In this document: positions 48,890 through 57,806 of the stretch, piece by piece
How the letters are laid out: each line of letters opens with the position of its first letter
Numbering within the stretch: the first letter of the stretch is position 1
UHGV virus genome: UHGV-0026213
Strand: one strand, 5' to 3'
DNA: 64,000 nucleotides
From: a virus
The notes under the pieces: model-generated
What the model saw: the letters and a program-made list of their open reading frames with translations, nothing else
Told to the model about the DNA's origin: nothing
Database searches by the model: none
Position numbers and translations under genes: made by a program

Positions 48890-49354
48890 ATGCGTGGATA
48901 TATTCTCGATCTTGCAATTTCTGTAGAAGAACTTGTGGAAAAACTCGGCGGTACCGGTCATGGGCTTCATGGGAAGACCAAAAGCATAGCTCATCTTCTC
49001 GAACCAAAATACGAACGGAAACTCCACATGATTGCTTCCGTTCGCAACAAAGCCGCTCACAGGAGAGTTCTTCCCGATCGCATAGACGTCTATGAACAAG
49101 CTGTGGAAGAAACGAGGCTCTATTTAGAAGAACTGATTGGGGAAGAAGAACGGAAACGTCGTTGTGAAGAGGAAATAAATCCCAGCTGTCTGGAACGCGA
49201 AGCGACGTGGAGAGAACGGGCAGAAGAGGCCAAACGACGTAACGAAGAGAAAAGATGGGACGATATGAGTGTAATAGAAAAGATAGGTTGGGGTGCCGGG
49301 ATTGCAATCGTGGGAGCTGCGGTTGCGTACCTTAAAATAAAGTCTCGTGACTAA
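48890..49354 (+). CDS. HEPN-motif protein with C-terminal transmembrane helix (candidate RNase)
   Basis: IASVRNKAAHRR fits the HEPN R-x4-H motif; C-terminal IGWGAGIAIVGAAVAYL is hydrophobic. Start refined to the internal ATG (MRGYILD) with GGAG SD. Confidence 0.35.
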   Translation: MRGYILDLAISVEELVEKLGGTGHGLHGKTKSIAHLLEPKYERKLHMIASVRNKAAHRRVLPDRIDVYEQAVEETRLYLEELIGEEERKRRCEEEINPSCLEREATWRERAEEAKRRNEEKRWDDMSVIEKIGWGAGIAIVGAAVAYLKIKSRD

Positions 49355-49368
49355 ATCGGGTATCGGAA

Positions 49369-49914
49369 ATGAAACAAATACAGTTAACTGATCACGTTAA
49401 TGCGTTTAAACACTTTCTGGATAACGCGGGTATAAAACCTGGCGAACAGTCGGACGCATGGACTGCACATGTTTATGGAAGTATTGGCAAAGTCTGTGAA
49501 TCCGCGACAACACACGACGGGTTGTTTGTTGCTAAAGCGGTGGGTATCGCCTTGTGGGATATTGCTGCTCTAGTTTACGTGATGAATAACGGGGATTTAC
49601 GTCCCCTTGAAAAATCGCTACACCGACTACTAGCCATTAAGAAATGGAAAAACGAACATCCTGAGTCAATCGCGGTTACGTTGATGCCAGAAGCGGTACT
49701 TGCTATCAAAGCGGTACGAAGTTGTACCGCACGCGCACAAATGGAGCGGCGTCTACATCTCGCGACGCTCTTTTATCAATTGGCCAGAATTGTAAAGATG
49801 AACGGCCTAATCTTCGACCGGGTTCTACAGAACGGACGTATAAGTTGGACAGAAGAACTAAGTAGTTCTCCGTTCTATACAAAACTAAAACTTAAAGACA
49901 TTTTGAAGGATTAA
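49369..49914 (+). CDS. Hypothetical protein (181 aa)
   Basis: ORF in the gene-dense plus block. Confidence 0.45.
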   Translation: MKQIQLTDHVNAFKHFLDNAGIKPGEQSDAWTAHVYGSIGKVCESATTHDGLFVAKAVGIALWDIAALVYVMNNGDLRPLEKSLHRLLAIKKWKNEHPESIAVTLMPEAVLAIKAVRSCTARAQMERRLHLATLFYQLARIVKMNGLIFDRVLQNGRISWTEELSSSPFYTKLKLKDILKD

Positions 49915-49915
49915 C

Positions 49916-50224
49916 ATGGAAAACTATTCGGGTTGGGCAATTTCGCAGTGCATTGGCTATTCTTTACGTTCTTTAGTGCGTACAATTTATAACAAAAACT
50001 CGGGTGAAACCATTTCACCACAGTTACTGGGTAAATTGGAAGTCGATGTTAACCACAAATTAAAACAGTTACTCGACAGCCACGTAAGAACAATGCGTTG
50101 GGAGTTCTTACTACGTGGTAAGAAGCCTTCAATTACCGTTGTAGCAGAAGGCAGTGAAATCGTACTGCAATCCAACGCAGACCTGTTTGAAATTTTAACT
50201 GAACTCGAAAAGGACAAAATCTGA
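49916..50224 (+). CDS. Hypothetical protein (102 aa)
   Basis: ORF tightly abutting neighbours. Confidence 0.4.
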   Translation: MENYSGWAISQCIGYSLRSLVRTIYNKNSGETISPQLLGKLEVDVNHKLKQLLDSHVRTMRWEFLLRGKKPSITVVAEGSEIVLQSNADLFEILTELEKDKI

Positions 50225-50544
50225 TGACTGTGAACGACAATATAAAGAAAAAGATTGACGAAATCATAAGCGTCAGTTTAGATAGAATCGAATTAATTCC
50301 CGAAACTAAGGAGATCAAATATTACGTTCCTGCGGACGAACTATTTCCAGGTCTTCTTAGAATCTCACCAAAAAAGGTTGAAGAGGCTAAACGGCAATTC
50401 GAAGTTCGTGGCCTTAAGGTTGACATTGTTAACAAAAAACATTTCCAAGTAACGTATAGTCAGGAAAACATTATATTTAGTCCTGAACAAGCGCAACGTA
50501 ATTTAGATATTTTAACGAAACGAATGGGGAATAATAACAAATGA
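50224..50544 (+). CDS. Hypothetical protein (106 aa)
   Basis: Start overlaps the upstream stop; its stop overlaps the thyA start. Confidence 0.4.
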   Translation: MTVNDNIKKKIDEIISVSLDRIELIPETKEIKYYVPADELFPGLLRISPKKVEEAKRQFEVRGLKVDIVNKKHFQVTYSQENIIFSPEQAQRNLDILTKRMGNNNK

Positions 50545-52076
50545 AACAGTATTTAGCGTTAATGCAAGACATTCTGGATAACGGTGTTGTCAAGAAAGAC
50601 CGCACAGGTGTAGGGACACTATCTGTATTTGGTCGTCAACTACGTTTTGACCTGAAAGAAGGTTTCCCATTAGTTACTACGAAGAAGGTTCACCTGAAAA
50701 GTATCATTCATGAACTGTTGTGGTTCTTAAACGGTGACACTAACGTGAAGTACCTGCAAGAGAACGGGGTAAAAATTTGGGATTCATGGAGGCGGCCATA
50801 CGTAGGTTTTACTGGTAAAGTCATTCGCATTCCACGATTGAAAAAAGAATACGTCCCTTTTAATGGAACTTTTCCTTTGGCCATTCCTAGTTTCGATTCA
50901 ATAGAAGATAAAAAATTGGCATACGCCTGGAAACGAATGATGCATCGCTGTTATGATAAAACAGCACATAACTACCGACATTATGGTGCAAAGGGTGTAA
51001 GCGTTGCTTTACGTTGGCACGACGTAACTAATTTTGTTAACGATGTTAAAAAACTGCAAAATTGGTTTTATAAAAGTAAGAACTGGAATGACTTCGAACT
51101 CGATAAAGATTATTACGGCTCCAATCAATATTGCCCCGACGGATGTGTATGGCTCAGTAGAGGAGAAAACGTCCATCATGCGTGGGTACGCATTATTAAA
51201 GGTGACGGAACACAATACATTTGCCGAACGTATAAACATGCATCCCAATTAACTGGTTTAAGCAAAACATCCATCCACAGATTCGTTAAGGAAGGCATTA
51301 CCCCACATCTTAAAGGAAATAACAGAATCAAAGGTGTAAAAAATTGGATTATGCAAAAAGCTACTACTGAAGACTACCTCTATCGCAACGAAATTAACGA
51401 CGACGGAGATTTAGGCCCAGTCTACGGTAAACAATGGCGAGATTGGGTAGGTCCAGACGGTCGCCACCACGACCAGATCAGCAAAGTTATCCAACAACTT
51501 CGTGAAGACCCTGACTCCCGCCGTATTATCGTTAGCGCCTGGAATGTAGGTGACCTGGACGATATGGCACTTAATCCATGCCACAACTATTTCCAATTCT
51601 ACACAACAGAAATGACGTTGCTTGAACGACTGGATTGGTACGAAGCAAATGAACCGGAAAAATTTGCGAACGCGCCACTTATTAATCACGAAGATATTGA
51701 TGATGAAGAACGACTTCATGAAACTTTAGATCGTGAAGGTATCCCTCGTCGTAAGCTTTCATGTTTTTACATGATGCGGAGCAACGATTACCTACTCGGC
51801 GCGCCATTTAACGTCGCTTCGTACGCGTTGTTAACTCACATGATTGCACAGCAGTTGAACATGGTTCCAGACGAGTTGGTTTATAGTGGTGTAGATGTTC
51901 ATCTTTACTCTAACCATCTGGAGCAGGCAAAACTACAACTTACTCGCGAACCTTACCCGCTACCTAAACTGGTTATCAAACGTAAACCTGATTCCATCTT
52001 CGATTACAAATACGAAGACTTCGAATTAGTTGGTTATCAATCGCACGACACAATTAAAGCTCCCATAGCTGTCTAA
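50541..52076 (+). CDS. thyA: Thymidylate synthase with two in-frame insertions (511 aa)
   Basis: N-terminus MKQYLALMQDILDNGVVKKDRTGVGTLSVFG, and GDLGPVYGKQWR, DSRRIIVSAWNVGDLDDMALNPCH, PFNVASYALLTHMIAQQ, PLPKLVIKRKPDSIFDY all align with ThyA; catalytic Cys retained. About 205 extra aa after IWDSW and about 46 extra aa after QFYTT. Confidence 0.85.
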   Translation: MKQYLALMQDILDNGVVKKDRTGVGTLSVFGRQLRFDLKEGFPLVTTKKVHLKSIIHELLWFLNGDTNVKYLQENGVKIWDSWRRPYVGFTGKVIRIPRLKKEYVPFNGTFPLAIPSFDSIEDKKLAYAWKRMMHRCYDKTAHNYRHYGAKGVSVALRWHDVTNFVNDVKKLQNWFYKSKNWNDFELDKDYYGSNQYCPDGCVWLSRGENVHHAWVRIIKGDGTQYICRTYKHASQLTGLSKTSIHRFVKEGITPHLKGNNRIKGVKNWIMQKATTEDYLYRNEINDDGDLGPVYGKQWRDWVGPDGRHHDQISKVIQQLREDPDSRRIIVSAWNVGDLDDMALNPCHNYFQFYTTEMTLLERLDWYEANEPEKFANAPLINHEDIDDEERLHETLDREGIPRRKLSCFYMMRSNDYLLGAPFNVASYALLTHMIAQQLNMVPDELVYSGVDVHLYSNHLEQAKLQLTREPYPLPKLVIKRKPDSIFDYKYEDFELVGYQSHDTIKAPIAV

Positions 52077-52083
52077 GGGGTAC

Positions 52084-52380
52084 ATGATGATTAATGAGAA
52101 ATCGTACGTGGAGTTAACTTCTTTCGGCATTAGTCGATTAGCTGAGCTAAAAACTGTTACTGAGCGTGCTGGGATAGCATTACAGACTAAAGGTAAGTTT
52201 GATCAAGCTGATATCGAAATCTTAGAGAAGATTTCGGCAACGTTAAAAGACTTACGTGTATTGAATATTCTTGTTGGTAAATTGGGTGGCCTAAGTAACA
52301 AGAAATTGGCCGAAATACACGGAGTGACGCCAAGCAGAATATCTCAAATCATCAGCAAAGCCAAACGCGATTTTCAGTAA
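52084..52380 (+). CDS. Small HTH protein resembling sigma-70 region 4 / LuxR-type DNA-binding domain
   Basis: C-terminal LSNKKLAEIHGVTPSRISQIISKAKRDF is an HTH pattern typical of sigma region 4. Confidence 0.45.
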   Translation: MMINEKSYVELTSFGISRLAELKTVTERAGIALQTKGKFDQADIEILEKISATLKDLRVLNILVGKLGGLSNKKLAEIHGVTPSRISQIISKAKRDFQ

Positions 52381-52437
52381 AGTTGTTTCACATGCAATCT
52401 ATATCTGAACCACCTCGAAACTAAAAGGAACATTGAA

Positions 52438-52884
52438 ATGTCTAAAACTCATGTTAACTATAACATCGTAGTAGAAGAATTATCAAAAGGTTTAACTGAT
52501 CTGGATTCTAAAGATAATCCGTTTACCGATCGTTATGGTCCCAATGCCTTATCTGAATTTCGTACTATCCGCTACGGTACAGGCAGGCAGACAGGACTTA
52601 CAGACTTCGGTGTCGAGTTAGCTAAGAACCATAAAGGGAAGGTATTATTCGTTAACCCAAAAGGGTTCTTAGAGGACGATGTGCTATTCCGTTTGGGTCT
52701 CGAAGACTTACCGGAGAATATCACGCAAATCATTGGTTATCAGATGGGTACAGAAAAAGAAAAATACAGCCTTGTTATTGTAGACGACGCTGGGGTTTTC
52801 TTTAGCATTTTCCGTTACATGAAGTTTTTCCGCTTACTAGCAAACTCAGTAACTAAAGACGTTGTAATACATTTAATGGGTTAA
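52438..52884 (+). CDS. Hypothetical protein (148 aa)
   Basis: SD AAAAGGAAC upstream. Confidence 0.45.
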   Translation: MSKTHVNYNIVVEELSKGLTDLDSKDNPFTDRYGPNALSEFRTIRYGTGRQTGLTDFGVELAKNHKGKVLFVNPKGFLEDDVLFRLGLEDLPENITQIIGYQMGTEKEKYSLVIVDDAGVFFSIFRYMKFFRLLANSVTKDVVIHLMG

Positions 52885-53028
52885 TCAGTGGGGTTAGTTC
52901 TATGGAAGAATTAGAGGCGGTTCCCTGTTACATTCCTAGAAGACGTGTTATAAAAGAATGTTACATCGATCGTATTTTGATCTCTCGTATCAAGAAAGGT
53001 CCAAGAAAACATCAAAACAAGAAGGTAT

Positions 53029-53062
53029 TTATTTATAAATACTTCGAAAAGGTTATAATCCG
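53029..53062 (+). promoter_or_regulatory. Sigma-70-like promoter candidate (TTTATA-N16-TATAAT)
   Basis: GGTATTTATTTATAAATACTTCGAAAAGGTTATAATCC about 40 nt upstream of the 53101 gene; also contains TATAAATA. Confidence 0.35.
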
Positions 53063-53100
53063 ACCTTACTGATTAAATTAACTCAGGGAGTAAATTCATT

Positions 53101-53490
53101 ATGTCAATCGATATCTACGTTTATTCATACTCAAAATCCGCTGTAAAAGAATCCGTGCGTCAGGCTTGGGAGCACCAATATTACGTCGATCATGTTGACG
53201 ACATACTCGGAGAAATATTCGATCAGGGTGAATTAATGTGGACGGAAAGGCTGTCGTTTTGTTGGAACGCATTTAACAAACTTAAATCCGAATTCAATAT
53301 AACGACGGTATGCGGTAGCAGTGAATTCGCAATCAATAAAGAACAACTCACCGCTTTTAAACAATATATTGAAGAATTGGATCAGCTCATTCCACGCGAT
53401 GAATGGAAACAGCGCGCGTTGGAAGAATTGCAAAAGCTAATCGAAACTTTCGATTTTGAAAGTAATTATCTCACTTTGCACACCGATTAA
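53101..53490 (+). CDS. Hypothetical protein (129 aa)
   Basis: SD GGGAG upstream. Confidence 0.45.
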   Translation: MSIDIYVYSYSKSAVKESVRQAWEHQYYVDHVDDILGEIFDQGELMWTERLSFCWNAFNKLKSEFNITTVCGSSEFAINKEQLTAFKQYIEELDQLIPRDEWKQRALEELQKLIETFDFESNYLTLHTD

Positions 53491-53498
53491 GGTGAACT

Positions 53499-53684
53499 AT
53501 GGGGGCTAATATGTTAGACGATGTTCTTAATTTCACGATAACGTATTTCGAGCCGAAGAAGTTCCGTACCATTGTTACACGTTGGTGCAAAGGGCCACGT
53601 AAAGGACGTAAACGTTTCCAAGTAATCCAATTTGATTATTCCAAGTTCCTTGAATCTAACCCATTCGAGAAGGAGGAACAATGA
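53499..53684 (+). CDS. Hypothetical small basic protein (61 aa)
   Basis: Short ORF; weak. Confidence 0.3.
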   Translation: MGANMLDDVLNFTITYFEPKKFRTIVTRWCKGPRKGRKRFQVIQFDYSKFLESNPFEKEEQ

Positions 53685-53906
53685 AGAAGCCATATTTTCA
53701 TAACCTCAGATTCTTTACAGGTACTCTATATTTTATTGGTTACAACCGTGTACGTAAGGGACCTGGTAAATCGAAAGTACGCACTGTGCAATATAAAAAG
53801 GCAATGACCGCGTCAGTTCCATTACGGATGGGCCTGCTTCTGTCTCACATTCGCCATCGTTAAATCAAAACTGTTAACACCTTTGTAAGAAATTTGGGAA
53901 CTAAAA

Positions 53907-54050
53907 TGACTGAAGAAGTTAAAGTAGAAACCGTTAAAGAAACTGATGAATTTGCAATCCCTGGGTTAGACCCGGAAGCAACCGTAGAGAAGGGAGCCGA
54001 CCCGACCACGGAAGACGATAACTGCTCAGGCGGGGCTTGCAAAATTTAAC
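53907..54050 (+). CDS. Small acidic protein (about 47 aa), below ORF-track size cutoff
   Basis: Hand-read ATG with upstream GGGAAC..AAA; MTEEVKVETVKETDEFAIPGLDPEATVEKGADPTTEDDNCSGGACKI; followed by hairpin GGGGTGCT..AGCACCCC and T-run. Coordinates approximate. Confidence 0.3.
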
Positions 54051-54118
54051 AGTTCCTGGGGTGCTTATGTAGCACCCCTAATCCTTATTCTTTTTGTTTA
54101 AACTAATGGAGTTTTAAA

Positions 54119-54952
54119 ATGGGCGAACGTTTTGACATCAACACTATTTACAACATCGTGGTTAATCCTGGTCAGCACCTGGAAGAAGTTAACGCACAAC
54201 TGCGCGCTCTGAATGAGAATGCAGTACAGTTCGATGCTATTTACACAATTGGTGTAAACCCTGGTACCAACCGTATTCGTGTAGAAGGTAAACGCCACAC
54301 CGGTAATCAAGAACTGGACATCGAAACAATTGTAGCACCTATTAAGCTTACCGATGCTGTTTACAACGGCACGGTAATGCATACAGAATCTGTTCTAGTT
54401 TGCACGATCGCAAAATGTGTAAAACTCGTTAAAGGTTGGTCTAAAGAACGTGGGATTCTCGATAACGGTAAACTGGAAACCCAAATCACGAAGTTCTTTG
54501 AAGAGTTAGGTGAAATTGCGGCGGGTATCAGTAAAAACAAACCTGAACTGATCATGGATGGTATTGGTGATGCGTTGGTGGTTCTGGTAAACATCATCGA
54601 ATTAGGGGATGCGTATTCTGGTCACCTTACAGTGGCAGAAGACTGCATCGAGTCTGGTCTACGCTTAAACGTGGAAGACGTAGCTGAAGTTGAAGAAAAT
54701 TTAAACAACGCTGGATACCCACATCAACAATACCTTCACGCTATTGAAAGTTTTGCCACAACCTTTATGGAAGGTAAAGATCATGGTTTCGATTTCGTTA
54801 GCCTGGGTTTAGCTCATCTTGCCCGTATCGCCTTGTATTACAAACTGGATATTCGCCATTGTTTCTCTTTGGCCTGGCACGAAATCAAAGACCGTAAAGG
54901 TTATCTGAACGCCGACGGTATCTTTGTAAAAGAAGCAGACCTGGCGAAATAA
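54119..54952 (+). CDS. MazG-like nucleoside triphosphate pyrophosphohydrolase (putative)
   Basis: QITKFFEELGEIAAGISKNKPELIMDGIGDALVVLVNIIELGD resembles the MazG EExxE...DxxGD helix pair. Confidence 0.5.
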   Translation: MGERFDINTIYNIVVNPGQHLEEVNAQLRALNENAVQFDAIYTIGVNPGTNRIRVEGKRHTGNQELDIETIVAPIKLTDAVYNGTVMHTESVLVCTIAKCVKLVKGWSKERGILDNGKLETQITKFFEELGEIAAGISKNKPELIMDGIGDALVVLVNIIELGDAYSGHLTVAEDCIESGLRLNVEDVAEVEENLNNAGYPHQQYLHAIESFATTFMEGKDHGFDFVSLGLAHLARIALYYKLDIRHCFSLAWHEIKDRKGYLNADGIFVKEADLAK

Positions 54953-54956
54953 ATAA

Positions 54957-55008
54957 AAGTACCTACCTCCGAAAGGAGGTAGGTAGACTTTCTTATTTTT
55001 TTCTTTTT
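54957..55008. terminator. Bidirectional terminator between the rightward block and the right-hand leftward structural genes
   Basis: CCTACCTCCGAAAGGAGGTAGG hairpin followed by a long T-run. Confidence 0.65.
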
Positions 55009-55572
55009 TTAAGCGCCTGGAACAATCCCAGAAGAGATATACGTCAAACCGTCAAGTTCAGTGACTTTAATCAACTTCGAAATATCCTTACCGTCGGACG
55101 GCAGCTCTGTTAAGTACACTTCCAGCCGCCCTGTCCACGCCAAAGACGTCCCATTCATGATAATGATGGTTTTATCTTTGCTGTCTGGTGCAGCTGTTGG
55201 GTTCTCAACTTCGTCGTCAGTAATCTGTAAATTGTACTTATTGCGGAAAAGCTGTAGTACCTCAGATACCGTAGCCGCATTAACACCCGCAACAGAAACT
55301 ACAAAGTCACCTAAGAGGTGCTCTAAATCCAAACGACGATAAATAACGTCAATTTTACCAAACGTTTTCTGTTCAATAATTCCCTGGACGCTAAGTTGGG
55401 TATTTAATCGCGTAAATTGGGTTTCTGGTGTTTCTACCGCAGGAATATGTGACGGTGTACCAAAATTCAACTTATCGATTGTAATACCTTTCTCTACCAA
55501 ACCAGGATTCTTTTTTACTAATAACTCGTAAACCAATTGTTTTCCTGATTTACCTAATAGCGTATTAGCCAT
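55009..55572 (-). CDS. Hypothetical virion-associated protein (187 aa)
   Basis: Minus-strand ORF directly downstream of the structural genes; no motif. Confidence 0.45.
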   Translation of the reverse strand: MANTLLGKSGKQLVYELLVKKNPGLVEKGITIDKLNFGTPSHIPAVETPETQFTRLNTQLSVQGIIEQKTFGKIDVIYRRLDLEHLLGDFVVSVAGVNAATVSEVLQLFRNKYNLQITDDEVENPTAAPDSKDKTIIIMNGTSLAWTGRLEVYLTELPSDGKDISKLIKVTELDGLTYISSGIVPGA

Positions 55573-55588
55573 TATTTCCTCTCAAACA

Positions 55589-57760
55589 TTAACGTGCTTG
55601 CGGCAAGAAGATGTTCGCGATCTGGCGTGCTGGAAGCACATCAAACGCAGAGTTGATAAAGCTGCCCTGTGACCATGCAGATGCCCAGTTCTGCGCCCAA
55701 ATGCTTCCTTGGATCTTGGCACGCTCTATACCGTTCGTACGTTCGTACAACGTCGCTGCGCCCAAACACGCCATAAACTCACTGAATTTATTATCGTCGT
55801 CCCAAACACCAGTGTCCGTAACGATGGGCATATACATCACACGGGACAAATCGCGGATGGTAACATTGATATCACATGACAGTGGAACAGAATCGCCTGG
55901 ACGCCAACCTAAACCACCAACACCGAATTGTAAAGACAAAGACGTTACGATAGCATTACGGAACGAGAATCGGCCTTGTGAGTAACATTCCAAATAAAAC
56001 GGATGGGTGAAAGATTGTTTGCCTGTCGCAATTGGGCATACTGCGGCGATCCAAAAGGACAACGGCACCAGAATTTCCTGGAAGATATCCAGGTCACTTC
56101 CCGACCACGCGCGTAAAGGTATTGTCAAGTTAATATCGTCACCCGAGGCATCTGAACTGTCCCACACCTCTGGGAAGTCGATGACGGATGAGTTATATAA
56201 CGACATAATCCCCGTTAAATGTAGCGTATCTGCTAACCCACGCATTACGGACTTAAAGCCTGTAATTAATGAATCGACCGCGTTGAAGCCGGTTTGCCCG
56301 CCGGACAAGTTTACTTCAAGTTGACGCGCTTTCGCCGTCATTGAGTTAACTGTACTAGAAATCTCCGGCTCTTTTGTGGAGTTAGAGAACGAACGAGAGA
56401 CGGTGTCCTTCCCATCAATTCTCCAGGTTACCCACTGAGAACCGTTGTAGATTTCGGACAGCGCCTGTGCTTTAATCCCTTCAATCTGTTCGCCAACCAC
56501 TTTAACAAAGTCGCCGAAGAACGTCTCCATGGTCGATTCTTTACCTTTATCCGCCCAGGACTGTATCGTATTCTGTTGTCCCTCGGTGAGGTTACTCGCA
56601 TCGGCATTTTCCAAATCCTCATTCATTTTGTTTTGGATTTCTGCCGCCTGCGCCTCTAGGTCGCTTGCCGTTCCTCCAGTTTGTAACCCGGAACTAAACG
56701 CATCGAGAACCCCCTTCTCCAGTTCATCAACGCTGTTAATATCTTTACCCGACGCGTCTTTCGCCGCATAACCGCCGCGTTCGGATGCGGCTAACCGTTC
56801 CATGTCTTGCAAAGAAACTTCGTAATTTCTCACATCGTCAGAATACGAAGACGCGCCATATGTGCTATCCAAATAGAAATTTCGTATCCGCTCGGCGAGA
56901 TCGTCGTCACTTGAGGACTGCTTACGAAGTTCTTTTAAACGCTGATTCTGATAGTTCGCCAAGGTTTGATAACGGTTGATCATCTTAAAGACATCGAATT
57001 CACCGTCTTTTTTCCAAACCTCCGGCAACGCTTCAAAAGCTTCATCACGTGCTTTTTTGTTCCCTTTTCCATCGCCGTCTTGACTAACCTGGAAGGTACC
57101 TAAGATACCCGTAGGAACCAAACGACGATAAACAAGCTGCGTATTCAAGATGTTCTGTACAGCACGCAAATACAGATGCATCGTCGGTTTAACGTAATAG
57201 TAACGCGACGTTTGCTTATTCAACGCTGCCGCGAGAATTCGGGGAGTAATTAAAATTACCGCAAAAGCAACAGTGCCTACAGTTGCCCATATCGCTGCCG
57301 CGCCGATATAACTTGCTATCGTGCGGATCATTCCAGGATAATCGCCCGTACGTGCTAAATACGCTAAGTTGGAATCGTACATATTCGCAAAGAACGCGGC
57401 CATACCCAGATATTTCGGCTTGCCGAAGCGACAATGTACGTAAAACGAATTTTGGTTAATGCTTTCGTAATAATACGTCCCTAAGCGATAAGAAGCGGTT
57501 GGCATACCGTTAGCCAACGCCTTTTTCTCCGCTTCACGATTACCGGGTCGTGCAAATGCCCCTGTTGATGGGGGGTCTGCAAACCACGTAAACTGCGGAG
57601 GGCTATTAATCGCTTTGCTACCGCCCATGGTCGTATCTTCAAAAGACATCATACCGTTAGAGTAGCGTCGCAAGGCCAGAAAACGTTCATCTCGGCCTTC
57701 CAACTCTCCCTTAAATAGATTTCTGACCCAGCTTGAGTCGTTAGCTGATCTAGCGTCCAC
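55589..57760 (-). CDS. Hypothetical structural protein (723 aa) downstream of the tape-measure-like gene
   Basis: GTG start with SD; one hydrophobic segment (IGAAAIWATVGTVAFAVILI). Function inferred from position only. Confidence 0.45.
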   Translation of the reverse strand: MDARSANDSSWVRNLFKGELEGRDERFLALRRYSNGMMSFEDTTMGGSKAINSPPQFTWFADPPSTGAFARPGNREAEKKALANGMPTASYRLGTYYYESINQNSFYVHCRFGKPKYLGMAAFFANMYDSNLAYLARTGDYPGMIRTIASYIGAAAIWATVGTVAFAVILITPRILAAALNKQTSRYYYVKPTMHLYLRAVQNILNTQLVYRRLVPTGILGTFQVSQDGDGKGNKKARDEAFEALPEVWKKDGEFDVFKMINRYQTLANYQNQRLKELRKQSSSDDDLAERIRNFYLDSTYGASSYSDDVRNYEVSLQDMERLAASERGGYAAKDASGKDINSVDELEKGVLDAFSSGLQTGGTASDLEAQAAEIQNKMNEDLENADASNLTEGQQNTIQSWADKGKESTMETFFGDFVKVVGEQIEGIKAQALSEIYNGSQWVTWRIDGKDTVSRSFSNSTKEPEISSTVNSMTAKARQLEVNLSGGQTGFNAVDSLITGFKSVMRGLADTLHLTGIMSLYNSSVIDFPEVWDSSDASGDDINLTIPLRAWSGSDLDIFQEILVPLSFWIAAVCPIATGKQSFTHPFYLECYSQGRFSFRNAIVTSLSLQFGVGGLGWRPGDSVPLSCDINVTIRDLSRVMYMPIVTDTGVWDDDNKFSEFMACLGAATLYERTNGIERAKIQGSIWAQNWASAWSQGSFINSAFDVLPARQIANIFLPQAR

Positions 57761-57764
57761 GTTA

Positions 57765-57805
57765 TACCTCTAAAAAACGGGGGTAGTTTCCTACCCCCTG
57801 TTGTT
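57765..57805 (-). terminator. Intrinsic terminator/attenuator after the tape-measure-like gene
   Basis: On the minus strand, GGGGGTAGGAAACTACCCCC hairpin followed by TTTTTT. Confidence 0.5.
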
Positions 57806-57806
57806 A

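Noticed and set aside
50790-51404. Intein within thymidylate synthase
   Set aside because: The insert does not begin with Cys/Ser, does not end in His-Asn, and the following residue is Gly, so intein splice junction chemistry is absent.
50541-52076. Group I intron in thyA, as in T4 td
   Set aside because: The reading frame is continuous through the whole insert with no stop codons and coherent protein motifs, which an intron would not give.
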